Translations under genes and position numbers: made by a program
Part shown: positions 19,982 through 28,365 of the stretch, piece by piece
Layout: the number at the start of each line of letters is the position of its first letter
Numbering within the stretch: the stretch's first letter is position 1
Notes under the pieces: model-generated
What the model was told of the DNA's origin: nothing
Database searches by the model: none
What the model saw: the letters and a program-made list of their open reading frames with translations, nothing else
From: Candidatus Hadarchaeales archaeon
Lineage (GTDB): Archaea; Hadarchaeota; Hadarchaeia; Hadarchaeales; Hadarchaeaceae
DNA length: 30,005 nucleotides
NCBI GenBank assembly: GCA_038851565.1
Contig: JAWCKV010000007.1
Coordinates: 1 to 30,005, forward strand
Reading direction: 5' to 3'

Positions 19982-19995
19982 GGCCGCAGCGCTCA

Positions 19996-20754
19996 TCACG
20001 TGAGGGGGACGAGGATCATCCTCAGGCCTATCAGGGCTATGAGGACCGCCAGCGTCCTCCTCAGCGTTAAGGCACGCACCCTCCCGGAGAGGCCTGCTCC
20101 GATCAGCCCTCCAGCCCCCCCTCCGATGGCGAGGGGGATCGCGTACTCAATTGCAACGTTTCCGAGGAGCCAGTGCGGAATGACGGCCGCAACCGTTGTT
20201 ATGGCCATGCCGAACATCGCCGTGCCCGCAGAGAGGTGAATCGCCATGCCGAGGACGAGTATCATCACGAGCTCGTCCACAACTCCTCCCCCAACACCGA
20301 ACATCGCGGAAACCATGCCGCTGAGAAAGCTCCCAATGACGCAGGCCCCCGCTGTGCGGGAGTTGAGCCGCAGACCTCCCCCGCTCTCCCCGGAGGCATT
20401 CCTCCTCATAAAAACGTGAATGGAGATGAAGAGAAGGAGGGCGCCGAACATGCCGGCGAGCAAGTTGGAATGAATCAGGGTTGTGAGGTATGCTCCAACG
20501 ATGGCGCCCGGAACGTCCATAGTGTCGAGGAGCAGCCCAACCTTGAAGTGTACCCTCCTCTGGATGCCGTACATGATCGCGGCGGATATTGTGATGAAGG
20601 TGACCGCGAAAAGGCTGGTCCCCACGGCCCTCTGCGTTGCGAGGCCGAAGCCGAGCACGAGCACGGGGACGATCAGAGTTCCGCCCGCCAGGCCTACCAT
20701 CGAGAACACTGTTGCTATCAGGAGGCCAACCGCGAACAGGAGGAGCTCAATCAC
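19996..20754 (-). CDS. Sulfite exporter TauE/SafE family membrane protein
   Basis: Two repeats of G-x-x-GG..VP / GVGGG, AVGTSL and AGTA motifs; about 8 hydrophobic segments. Confidence 0.88.
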   Translation of the reverse strand: MIELLLFAVGLLIATVFSMVGLAGGTLIVPVLVLGFGLATQRAVGTSLFAVTFITISAAIMYGIQRRVHFKVGLLLDTMDVPGAIVGAYLTTLIHSNLLAGMFGALLLFISIHVFMRRNASGESGGGLRLNSRTAGACVIGSFLSGMVSAMFGVGGGVVDELVMILVLGMAIHLSAGTAMFGMAITTVAAVIPHWLLGNVAIEYAIPLAIGGGAGGLIGAGLSGRVRALTLRRTLAVLIALIGLRMILVPLT

Positions 20755-21001
20755 CTTTCGTCATCTCCAGGTGTCCAAGGTTTTTTCCTGTCTCCAGGAT
20801 CGCCCATGCCCACACCAGACACTCAAAGCTCTTCACAAGGGAACGGTTTTTCAGGAAGTGTCGGGAGTCGTCGTGATACGCCCTTATGTTCTCGAGCATT
20901 TGATCTCCCGTCCTGTCCGATGATCGAACCCTTCTCAGCGCCTCCTCCAGCTTTCTCGACCACTTTTCTATCTCGCAGGTGAGCTCCGATTCTACGCTCA
21001 T
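20747..21001 (-). CDS. DUF357 domain protein
   Basis: ENIRAYHDDSRHFL..VKSFECLVWAWAILE; ATG 21001 overlaps the stop of the upstream gene; commonly near dph5. Confidence 0.85.
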   Translation of the reverse strand: MSVESELTCEIEKWSRKLEEALRRVRSSDRTGDQMLENIRAYHDDSRHFLKNRSLVKSFECLVWAWAILETGKNLGHLEMTKGD

Positions 21002-21666
21002 GCTTCGGCCTCCGCGTCTGGTGGCACTCCTATGTTTGCCACGATCACCGGTCCGGTCACCTCTCCGCGCTCCAGCAGTCCGACCTTCATCCTGTGGAAT
21101 GTTATCGTCACGTCTGCCCTGACGGTCCTCCCGCACGCCCTGCCGGTCAGGGGATCCAGCCCCGAGGGAACGTCCACGGCCACCTTGAATGCCCTGCTTC
21201 CGTTCACGAGATCTATGACGGAGGCGTATGGCTCCCCGAGCTCACCCCTTATCCCGGTCCCAAATATGGCATCGACTATCACATGGACCCCCTCCACGGC
21301 CTTTCGGAGTTCATCCATGAAGGAAGGATCGGAAACCGTGAGGAGGCGGATCGAGGACGGCATACCCGATACCACCCTGAGGTTGTGCGATGCCTCCGGC
21401 GTCTTCACGTCCTCACGCCTTCCCACGAGGAAGACCTCCACGGAAAAGCCGTACGCGGCGAGATGCCGGGCCGCCACAAGGCCATCCCCTCCGTTGTTTC
21501 CGGTGCCGCATATCACCGCCACCCTTCTTCCGGCCGGGTCCATCCTGCTCGCGATGAAATCGGCCACCGCCTTCCCTGCGTTTTCCATCAGCATCAGCCT
21601 TGAGACGCCCATTCGCTCAGCCCTCTCCTCTATCCTCCTCATCTCATCAGGAGTTATCGCCCTCAC
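20998..21666 (-). CDS. nnrE: NAD(P)H-hydrate epimerase (YjeF N-terminal)
   Basis: LMENAG, CGTGNNGGDG, VDAIFGTG, AVDVPSG, TFHRMKVG; GTG 21666 overlaps the dph5 stop. Confidence 0.92.
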   Translation of the reverse strand: MRAITPDEMRRIEERAERMGVSRLMLMENAGKAVADFIASRMDPAGRRVAVICGTGNNGGDGLVAARHLAAYGFSVEVFLVGRREDVKTPEASHNLRVVSGMPSSIRLLTVSDPSFMDELRKAVEGVHVIVDAIFGTGIRGELGEPYASVIDLVNGSRAFKVAVDVPSGLDPLTGRACGRTVRADVTITFHRMKVGLLERGEVTGPVIVANIGVPPDAEAEA

Positions 21667-22430
21667 CTTACCAGGTCCTCCGGCGCCCCCGCGAAAACCC
21701 TCAGCGCCTCCGCCTCCAGAAAGTGGAGCCTTCCCGGAACCACCAGCGCGTGAGGAGGACTCCCAAAGTCGAAAGCCCTCAACGCCTTCACGGCATCTGC
21801 CTTTACCACCTGGTCGTCCCAACCTGCGCGCGCTATCCCGACCGCCAGCATCTCCTCTGAAAACGCTCCCCTCTGAAGAGAACCCTCCAGACCGAGCATG
21901 ATCTCTATCGCCTCACGGATCGTCATGGCACGCCCCTCATCTGTCCGTATGTCCAGAAGGAGTAGTGTGTGCAGACCGCGCTGGAGGTTATCCGCGAGCA
22001 CATCGTACGGCCTGGTGGAGGGATTGTCGGGAAACGGCACAGTTGCAGAGGGGCCAAACCTGTAGCTCTGCAGGCCTGTCAGCCCTGGCACCGCAGAGAG
22101 AACGGAGGCTGACGGTATCACCCTGGTCTCTACCCCGGCCTTCGCTGCCCTGAGCCTGAGGTCAACGTGAGTGGTTGCAACCATGGGGTCGCCTGGAACC
22201 AGAAACACCACATTTTTCGTCTTCGCCTCCTGAATCATCTCGTCTGGATTTTCCTCGACGAACTTCCTGTTCACCAGCCGCACCGGTCTTCCGATGATTT
22301 TTCCCAGGTCGTGCTCCGGAAGCATGCTCGTGTAAAGCTCGGCATAGACGGCATCCGCGCGCCTTGCGAGCTCAAGGCCCCGCAGGGATATTCCGCCCCG
22401 CCCTACTCCAAGCCCAACGAAAGTCAGCAT
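21663..22430 (-). CDS. dph5: Diphthine synthase
   Basis: MLTFVGLG, ELYTS, GDPMVATTH, GLQSYRFG, HTLLLLDI, PPHALVVPGRLHFLE. Confidence 0.95.
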   Translation of the reverse strand: MLTFVGLGVGRGGISLRGLELARRADAVYAELYTSMLPEHDLGKIIGRPVRLVNRKFVEENPDEMIQEAKTKNVVFLVPGDPMVATTHVDLRLRAAKAGVETRVIPSASVLSAVPGLTGLQSYRFGPSATVPFPDNPSTRPYDVLADNLQRGLHTLLLLDIRTDEGRAMTIREAIEIMLGLEGSLQRGAFSEEMLAVGIARAGWDDQVVKADAVKALRAFDFGSPPHALVVPGRLHFLEAEALRVFAGAPEDLVR

Positions 22431-22473
22431 CGCAAATACTTAATTAGGCATTCCATAAATGAATGATGGGCCC

Positions 22474-22591
22474 GGGCCCGTGAATGGGCAGAGCCCATCG
22501 GGAAGCTCAGTCTGGTTAGAGCGCTCGACGGCTTTGCCGGGCGAAGCTCTTAACCGAGATGTCGAGGGTTCGAATCCCTCCGGGCCCGCCA
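22474..22591 (+). tRNA. tRNA-Lys(CTT) with two introns (22483-22504 at 9/10; 22528-22545 at 30/31), CCA encoded
   Basis: After removing both introns: GGGCCCG TG GCTC AGTCTGGTTA GAGC G CTCGG CTCTTAA CCGAG ATGTC GAGGG TTCGAAT CCCTC CGGGCCC G CCA, a standard cloverleaf; both introns have BHB motifs. Confidence 0.92.
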
Positions 22592-22597
22592 ATTTTA

Positions 22598-23146
22598 ATG
22601 GCGTACGTGCTATTTCATCCTGTGAAACTCGAGCTTGTCCTGGATGGGCGGACAAAAGCGTTCGACATCGCGCGGCTACAGCGCGCCCTGATGGAGGCGT
22701 TCAGCGGCTTCTTCGATGGAGTTCTCAGCAGGATCTCAGATATCACGGAGGGAACATACAACCCCGCAAGGGGGCAGCACGATGCTGAAATGATTCTGGC
22801 CAGGCTTCTCTCGGAGACCGGAAAGGGGAAGATCGCGCTGGGGGTGGTTGGCGTTGACATATACGTCAGGGGACTGAATTTCGTCTTTGGACTCTCCCGG
22901 CCATCCGGGAGGGCAGCGCTTATCTCCACCTTTCGCCTCAGTCCGGAGTTCTACGGCTGTGCCCCCGACGGAAGGAAGTTCGAGGAGAGGCTGATCAAGG
23001 AGGCGATTCACGAGCTCGGGCACGTGTTCGGCCTCAGGCACTGCCCGGACCGGAGATGCGTTATGCGCTTCTCCAACTCCATCATGGAGGTAGATGAGAA
23101 ATCGCACGAATTCTGCGCGAGGTGCAGGAGGGCGCTGCGGCGCTAA
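22598..23146 (+). CDS. amzA: Archaemetzincin (peptidase M54)
   Basis: YNPARGQ, DIY..GLNFVFG, KEAIHELGHVFGLRHC, CVMRFSNS..EVDEK, FCARC. Confidence 0.93.
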   Translation: MAYVLFHPVKLELVLDGRTKAFDIARLQRALMEAFSGFFDGVLSRISDITEGTYNPARGQHDAEMILARLLSETGKGKIALGVVGVDIYVRGLNFVFGLSRPSGRAALISTFRLSPEFYGCAPDGRKFEERLIKEAIHELGHVFGLRHCPDRRCVMRFSNSIMEVDEKSHEFCARCRRALRR

Positions 23147-23164
23147 GATCCATCCTGGCAGAGC

Positions 23165-23785
23165 CTACGCTCCGCTCAGCGCCTCAACGATCTTTCTGGC
23201 GAAGTCACTTGAGGCCCCTGGACCGTTGGCGGTTATAATGTTTCCATCGACCGTCACGCTCTCACCGGTGTATGTGGCACCGCCGGCCACGAGCATCGAA
23301 ATGTATGCTCCGTCAAAAACCGTGGCCCTTCTGCCGTCCAGGATCCCGGCATTTGCGAGAACCACGGGCGCTATACATATTGCGCCTACCACCTTGCCCT
23401 GGTCGTCGGCTGCGGCGAGAATGGAGTGAAGTCTGGAGTTGTTGAAATATGCGCTCTCAACCCCCACGCCTCCGATCACCACAACGGCATCATAGTCAGC
23501 GGGGTTGACCTCATCTATGGAGATATCTGGAGAAACCTGAGTGTTGTACATGCCGACCGCGGTCCCCCTTGTGGCGCTCGCGACTGTGACCGAGGCCCCG
23601 GCCTCGGTGAGCACATTTCTGACGGTGGAGTACTCTGTGTCGTTGAAATCGGTGGGCGCTATCACCATCAGAATCCTTCTGCCGGGTATGGACACACTTT
23701 TCTGGGCACCGAGGAGAAAAGCGCCGGTCACGGCAGCGATGACGATCAGAACTCCCAGCACAGCGACAAGCGGTCCGAGCTTCAC
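23165..23785 (-). CDS. DJ-1/PfpI family protein with N-terminal membrane anchor/signal
   Basis: DFNDTEY, YDAVVVIGG, nucleophile elbow GAICIAP, DGNIITANGP; hydrophobic residues 5-26. Confidence 0.88.
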   Translation of the reverse strand: MKLGPLVAVLGVLIVIAAVTGAFLLGAQKSVSIPGRRILMVIAPTDFNDTEYSTVRNVLTEAGASVTVASATRGTAVGMYNTQVSPDISIDEVNPADYDAVVVIGGVGVESAYFNNSRLHSILAAADDQGKVVGAICIAPVVLANAGILDGRRATVFDGAYISMLVAGGATYTGESVTVDGNIITANGPGASSDFARKIVEALSGA

Positions 23786-23867
23786 CAGATCCCCAACCCT
23801 TCTCTCTGATGGGATTTTATAAAATTTTACTCAGGGCGCGTCTAAAAAATTAAAATGCGGGACTGGC

Positions 23868-24761
23868 TCAGAAGCACCAGTCTCCGCTGTACATGTCATA
23901 CATCACGGGATTCATATTCCCGCCGTACTGGCTGGCCACAAAGTCATGCGCCAGGGGCGCCGCATAGGCGAAGGCGCTCTCCACGACATTGTACGTCTGG
24001 AGCCCCGCGGTCTCTGACCCAACGAAGTAGTACGTGAAGACCCCGTTTTGCTGCGCGGAGGTGCCGTCGTAGGAGTACTCGGTCTCGCCGCATGCTGCGA
24101 CCACCACGCGTCCATTGCCGTTCAGATCATCCATCCCCCCGGAGAAGCAGCTGTCGAAGATAAGCGTTATCTTCTTCGAGGAAAATGTGGATAGCTTCTG
24201 TCTCAGCTGCCCGTCCAGTATCAGGTAGAGATCCGATGAAACTATGGCCTCATCTGTGTACTCCGCGTCGCCATCGTTATAGCCATCGTACGTGCTTCCA
24301 TGCCCGCTGTAGAAGATGACCACCTCCGAGTTCGGCCCCTCCCATGAGTTGAGCCAGTCCAGGGCAGCCATTATGTTCTTAGCGGTGGCGTTGCCGTCCA
24401 GCAGGAGCTTTATGTTGCCCGCTGGATAGCCCCTGGATAGGAGGTAGTTGTACATGTCCCTGGCATCGTCGTCGCAGTACTGGAGGTCGTACTGTCTTCC
24501 CCTGTAGTCTGAGATCCCTATCACGACCGCCCATTTGTCAACGGACGGGTCGGGCTGAGGCCCAGAGGGCGGCTTCGGCTTTGCCTTCGCGCCAATCACT
24601 GCACTGTCAAAGGAACCCTTTTCCTCGTATATCTCCTTTGGACCGCGGTATACTCTCATTCCGCCTGAAACGTCCATTCCGGCCGCTGAAGATCCGATGA
24701 TCGCCATCACACACAGCACGGCGGCGGCACACGCCATCAGACGAATTGCTCCTTTCATCAT
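23868..24761 (-). CDS. Secreted caspase-family (peptidase C14, metacaspase-like) protein
   Basis: WAVVIGISDY, DDDA, His motif YSGHG, Cys motif FDSCFSGG, GVFTYY; N-terminal signal-like segment and Pro-rich linker; ATG 24761 with GGAGG upstream (TTG 24770 alternative). Confidence 0.88.
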   Translation of the reverse strand: MMKGAIRLMACAAAVLCVMAIIGSSAAGMDVSGGMRVYRGPKEIYEEKGSFDSAVIGAKAKPKPPSGPQPDPSVDKWAVVIGISDYRGRQYDLQYCDDDARDMYNYLLSRGYPAGNIKLLLDGNATAKNIMAALDWLNSWEGPNSEVVIFYSGHGSTYDGYNDGDAEYTDEAIVSSDLYLILDGQLRQKLSTFSSKKITLIFDSCFSGGMDDLNGNGRVVVAACGETEYSYDGTSAQQNGVFTYYFVGSETAGLQTYNVVESAFAYAAPLAHDFVASQYGGNMNPVMYDMYSGDWCF

Positions 24762-24814
24762 ATCCTCCAAGTTATTTCCACACTCGCCCTTTTAAAATGT
24801 CGTCTGGCGGAGCT

Positions 24815-26047
24815 TCAAAGGATTGAGAGGAACCCGAGATAGACAAGCGCGTTCAGGACGGTGAGGGGGCCTCCCACCCTCACAAAGTCAGCAAAGGTGA
24901 GTGTTTCCCCCCTTTTCTCGGCGCTCTGTATGATGATGACGTTGCTGGCCGCCCCCAGGATCGTGAGGTTTCCGGCTATCGTGCTGCCCGCGGCCAATGC
25001 CATGAGCTCTTTGATGGAGGAACCCGCAACAACGAGAGGCAAGAGGAGGGCCACGAGAGGAACATTTGATATAAACTGGCTGAGCAGGATGCTGATCGCC
25101 ATTATGAGCGGCAGCGAGAAGGGCATGAAGCTGCCTATTGCCGATTGAATGAACCCGGTTTCCCACACGCTTTCCATGAGCACGAACATCGAGGCAAAAA
25201 ACACCAGCGTTTGCCAGTCCATTTTCCTGAGGACCTCCCTTCTCCTCGGTCCCAGGATCAGCACCGGGGCAGCCGTGGCAAGGGCTATGACCGTCAGGCT
25301 AAAATCCGGACCCACGTTCAGCGCATCTAGGAGCACCTTTGCGGCTATCATGGTCCCAAGGATCGAAAGGGAGATCCTGCACGTCCTGGCCAGCCTCCGG
25401 TCCTTCAGCGGCTCCATGCGGTGCTCCAGGTCGCGGGAGCCGAACTCCCCCCTGAATGACAGCCTGAGCACCAGGTAGGCAAGGAGGAGGTTGATGACGG
25501 TGGGGATGAACAGATAACAAAAAAACGTTGTGAACGGATCTGCCACACCTCCCCTCAGGGCTATCAGCAGGTTCTGCGGGTTTCCGATCGGACTGGTAGC
25601 GCTTCCGATGGTGACTGCGAAGGCCAGAGAGAGCAGGAGCAGCTTCGGAGAGATGCGGTGCGATCTGGCCAGCAGGAGGACGATGGGCGTGCCTATTATC
25701 GCCATGGTGTCATTCATCATGAATGCAGACATCAGCCCCATGGAGAACAGTATCAGGAGCACAAGCGATTCGACTGAGCGCGCCCTTCTGAAGAGGGCAT
25801 GGGAGACGCGGGAGATGTAGCCGCTCTCCTCCATGGCCTGGCTCATCGCGAACATCGCGAAGAGGAACAGCATGACACTAGGGTCTATCGCCATGAGGGC
25901 TCTCAAAGGCGAGATCTGCCCCGTGACCAGGACGGCCACGGCGCCGCCCAACATAACCTGCCATATCTGCAGCCGTAGGTTTCCAACCTGTCTGACCGCT
26001 ATGAGGAGAAACACAAGCGCCAGAACCGCTATGGGAATGATCGCCAT
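24815..26047 (-). CDS. ArsB/NhaD (SLC13/CitM-like) anion permease
   Basis: SAFMMNDT, IGSATSPIGNPQNL, SQFISNVP, STIAGNLTILGAASN; many TM segments. Confidence 0.9.
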   Translation of the reverse strand: MAIIPIAVLALVFLLIAVRQVGNLRLQIWQVMLGGAVAVLVTGQISPLRALMAIDPSVMLFLFAMFAMSQAMEESGYISRVSHALFRRARSVESLVLLILFSMGLMSAFMMNDTMAIIGTPIVLLLARSHRISPKLLLLSLAFAVTIGSATSPIGNPQNLLIALRGGVADPFTTFFCYLFIPTVINLLLAYLVLRLSFRGEFGSRDLEHRMEPLKDRRLARTCRISLSILGTMIAAKVLLDALNVGPDFSLTVIALATAAPVLILGPRRREVLRKMDWQTLVFFASMFVLMESVWETGFIQSAIGSFMPFSLPLIMAISILLSQFISNVPLVALLLPLVVAGSSIKELMALAAGSTIAGNLTILGAASNVIIIQSAEKRGETLTFADFVRVGGPLTVLNALVYLGFLSIL

Positions 26048-26130
26048 GCTTCCTGCCCTCCGGCCGCGACCCTACAATCACCGGCGTTTGAGGCGTTAAT
26101 ATTTACCAAAGGGAAGAAATTGTAACTGGT

Positions 26131-26235
26131 AGCCCCGTGGTGTAGCGGTCTGGGTCAGAGCATGTGCTGTCCCCCGTAAAAGCATCCCGGCCTTTGGAGC
26201 CGGTGACGGCGGTTCGAATCCGCCCGGGGCTACCA
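26131..26235 (+). tRNA. tRNA-Gln(TTG) with a D-loop intron (26151-26179, position 20a/20b), CCA encoded
   Basis: Spliced form: AGCCCCG TG GTGT AGCGGTCAA GCAT C CCGGC CTTTGGA GCCGG TGAC GGCGG TTCGAAT CCGCC CGGGGCT A CCA; the A1-U72 pair is typical of archaeal tRNA-Gln. Confidence 0.92.
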
Positions 26236-26238
26236 GTT

Positions 26239-28365
26239 CTACGGAATTTTCTTCCTGGGCACCACGACAAACGCGTCCTCGTTCCGGGCGATGATCCTGC
26301 CGCCGTGCTCTATTGCCCCAAAAACCTTCCACTCCCCGACCTCCGCATCCTCCGGGATCTTCACGGTTTCCATCGGCAGAAATGGGTAAACTGTCACCAC
26401 GCCATCGGCAGGTATGTCGATCCTGCCCCTCCTCTCAAAGAGCATCTTTCCAGAAGGTGACTTGACGTACCACCTGTACCTGGCGCCCCTGAACTCCTTC
26501 GGCAGGTCGTTCACCACGGTGAAATCCCCGAAGAAACCAGCCCCCCGGCTGAACTCCTCCCTGGGAGGAGTCAGGATGATGTAAATCGGCGAATAGACCT
26601 TCTTGAGGGTGAAGTACCCTTTCTTCGGCCTCCTGTAGTAGTCGACCACGGACCAGGTGATAGCGGGCCAGGGATCCACAAACATGAACTGAAAGATTCC
26701 CGTGACGCCCGTGTACTTTCTCCTCCTGTAGTTCTCAACTGCGAACTTCAGAAGTTTCGACTGATACTCCTGGGAATTCCGGATGAATTCCTCAAGCGAT
26801 TTTCCCATCCTCACCCTCGCCACCCTGAAGGTCTCCTCATACTGGAAGTTGTGGAATGCCCACTTCGACCAGTTCGGCGGCCAGAGGTCACCGGGTTCAA
26901 ATGTTTTCCTCATGGACTCGAGGTTCATGAGCGCCTGAGCTCCAAACTCGGTGGGGCACGGACATCCGGGTATCCCGACGTACATGTGGTAATCCCCATG
27001 ATACCATCCTGGGTATGGATGCTCCCTGAACTCACTTGCCAGGTGCACGTATCTGGTGTCATCCAGCTTCCTGGCGAGCCCGTAGAGGGCTAGATCGAGT
27101 TCCCTCAGGTTGAACTCCTGCGGCTCGTTGTGGCAGCACCAGACCACTATGCTGGGGTGATTGAAGAACGTGTGAATCATCTCCCTCATCATCGGGAGCG
27201 CCCTGCTCGCAACGCTGTCGTCGTAGGACCACTGCAGGGGAAAGTCCTGCCAGACGAGGATTCCCATCTCGTCTGCAACCTGATACAGCTCTTCTCTCTC
27301 AACGTGGGCGTGCACCCTGATGAAGTTCACGTTGCACTCCCTCACAAGCCTCAGGTCCCTCTCATACTTTTTCCTGTTCATCTCGGACAGCCACTGAGAG
27401 TGTATGACGTTCGTGCCCCGCGGGAAGAACCTCCTGCCGTTCATGAACCAGTTCCACCCCCTGTCCACCTTGAGCCTACGGATGCCAAACCTTCCGCGCA
27501 CCCTGTCGCTCGTTCTTCCGCCTTCCCTGACCTCCACCTCAAAGAAGTACAGGTTCTGTGTCCCCTGATCCCACTGCCACCAGAGCCTGGGCCTAGGGAT
27601 GGGCATGGTGAAACCCACCTCAGCCTCCCCGGGACCCAGCTTTATCACCTTCCTGGCTGTTCTCGGGCCCCACCTGAAGTTCTCGCCGCCCACGCGCAGC
27701 ACCACCTCGCATGAAGTGGGCCTGCTTCCAAGGTTTCTGAGCACCACGCGGGGACGCAGGCGCGCAAGGCCCGCGTCAATCTTCTGATGTATCCTCACCG
27801 AGTCTATCTTCACCTGACCGGTGAGCACGAGCTCCACCGAGTTCCAGATGCCCCCGGTGTTCCATCTCTGTCCCTCCCTGCTCATCCCGCCCGGCCTGCA
27901 GTCGTGGTGTCCATATACCCCCTTTATTATCCTCTTGCTGTTGGGCCAGTCCTCCTCCTTTTCCCACGGGGAATCCACCTCCACCGCCAGTGTGTTCTCG
28001 TCCCTGATCATGTTTGTCACATTGAACTCAAACGGGGCGAAGTACCCCTCGTGTGAGCCGAGGTATTTGCCGTTGAGCCAGGCCCTGCAGGCGTAGTCGA
28101 CGCCGTTGAAGCGTAGGGTTGCGTATCCCGGCAAGTTCCCCCGCATGTTGAATTTTCTCCTGAACCAAACCCTCCCGTGGTAGTCCCACAGGCCTCCGAG
28201 GTGCCAGTTGGTTGGGATGCGCATCGCTCCCCACTGAGAGTCATCCCAGTCCGGGCTGGAGTATCCCTCCACCCCTCTGCCGCTGCCATCTGTTCTGAAT
28301 TTCCATCTCCCGTTCAGGCTCTTCAGGAAATCGGGCTCGCGGAGGAAAAACATCAGCCTACGCAC
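26239..28365 (-). CDS. Glycoside hydrolase family 2 (beta-mannosidase/beta-galactosidase-like), no signal peptide
   Basis: SLNGRWKF, FNGVDY, HEGYFAPF, PRLWW, RFGIR, ADEMGILVWQDF, HPSIVVWCCHNEP (acid/base), PTEFG (nucleophile). Alternative start ATG 28353. Confidence 0.9.
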   Translation of the reverse strand: MRRLMFFLREPDFLKSLNGRWKFRTDGSGRGVEGYSSPDWDDSQWGAMRIPTNWHLGGLWDYHGRVWFRRKFNMRGNLPGYATLRFNGVDYACRAWLNGKYLGSHEGYFAPFEFNVTNMIRDENTLAVEVDSPWEKEEDWPNSKRIIKGVYGHHDCRPGGMSREGQRWNTGGIWNSVELVLTGQVKIDSVRIHQKIDAGLARLRPRVVLRNLGSRPTSCEVVLRVGGENFRWGPRTARKVIKLGPGEAEVGFTMPIPRPRLWWQWDQGTQNLYFFEVEVREGGRTSDRVRGRFGIRRLKVDRGWNWFMNGRRFFPRGTNVIHSQWLSEMNRKKYERDLRLVRECNVNFIRVHAHVEREELYQVADEMGILVWQDFPLQWSYDDSVASRALPMMREMIHTFFNHPSIVVWCCHNEPQEFNLRELDLALYGLARKLDDTRYVHLASEFREHPYPGWYHGDYHMYVGIPGCPCPTEFGAQALMNLESMRKTFEPGDLWPPNWSKWAFHNFQYEETFRVARVRMGKSLEEFIRNSQEYQSKLLKFAVENYRRRKYTGVTGIFQFMFVDPWPAITWSVVDYYRRPKKGYFTLKKVYSPIYIILTPPREEFSRGAGFFGDFTVVNDLPKEFRGARYRWYVKSPSGKMLFERRGRIDIPADGVVTVYPFLPMETVKIPEDAEVGEWKVFGAIEHGGRIIARNEDAFVVVPRKKIP

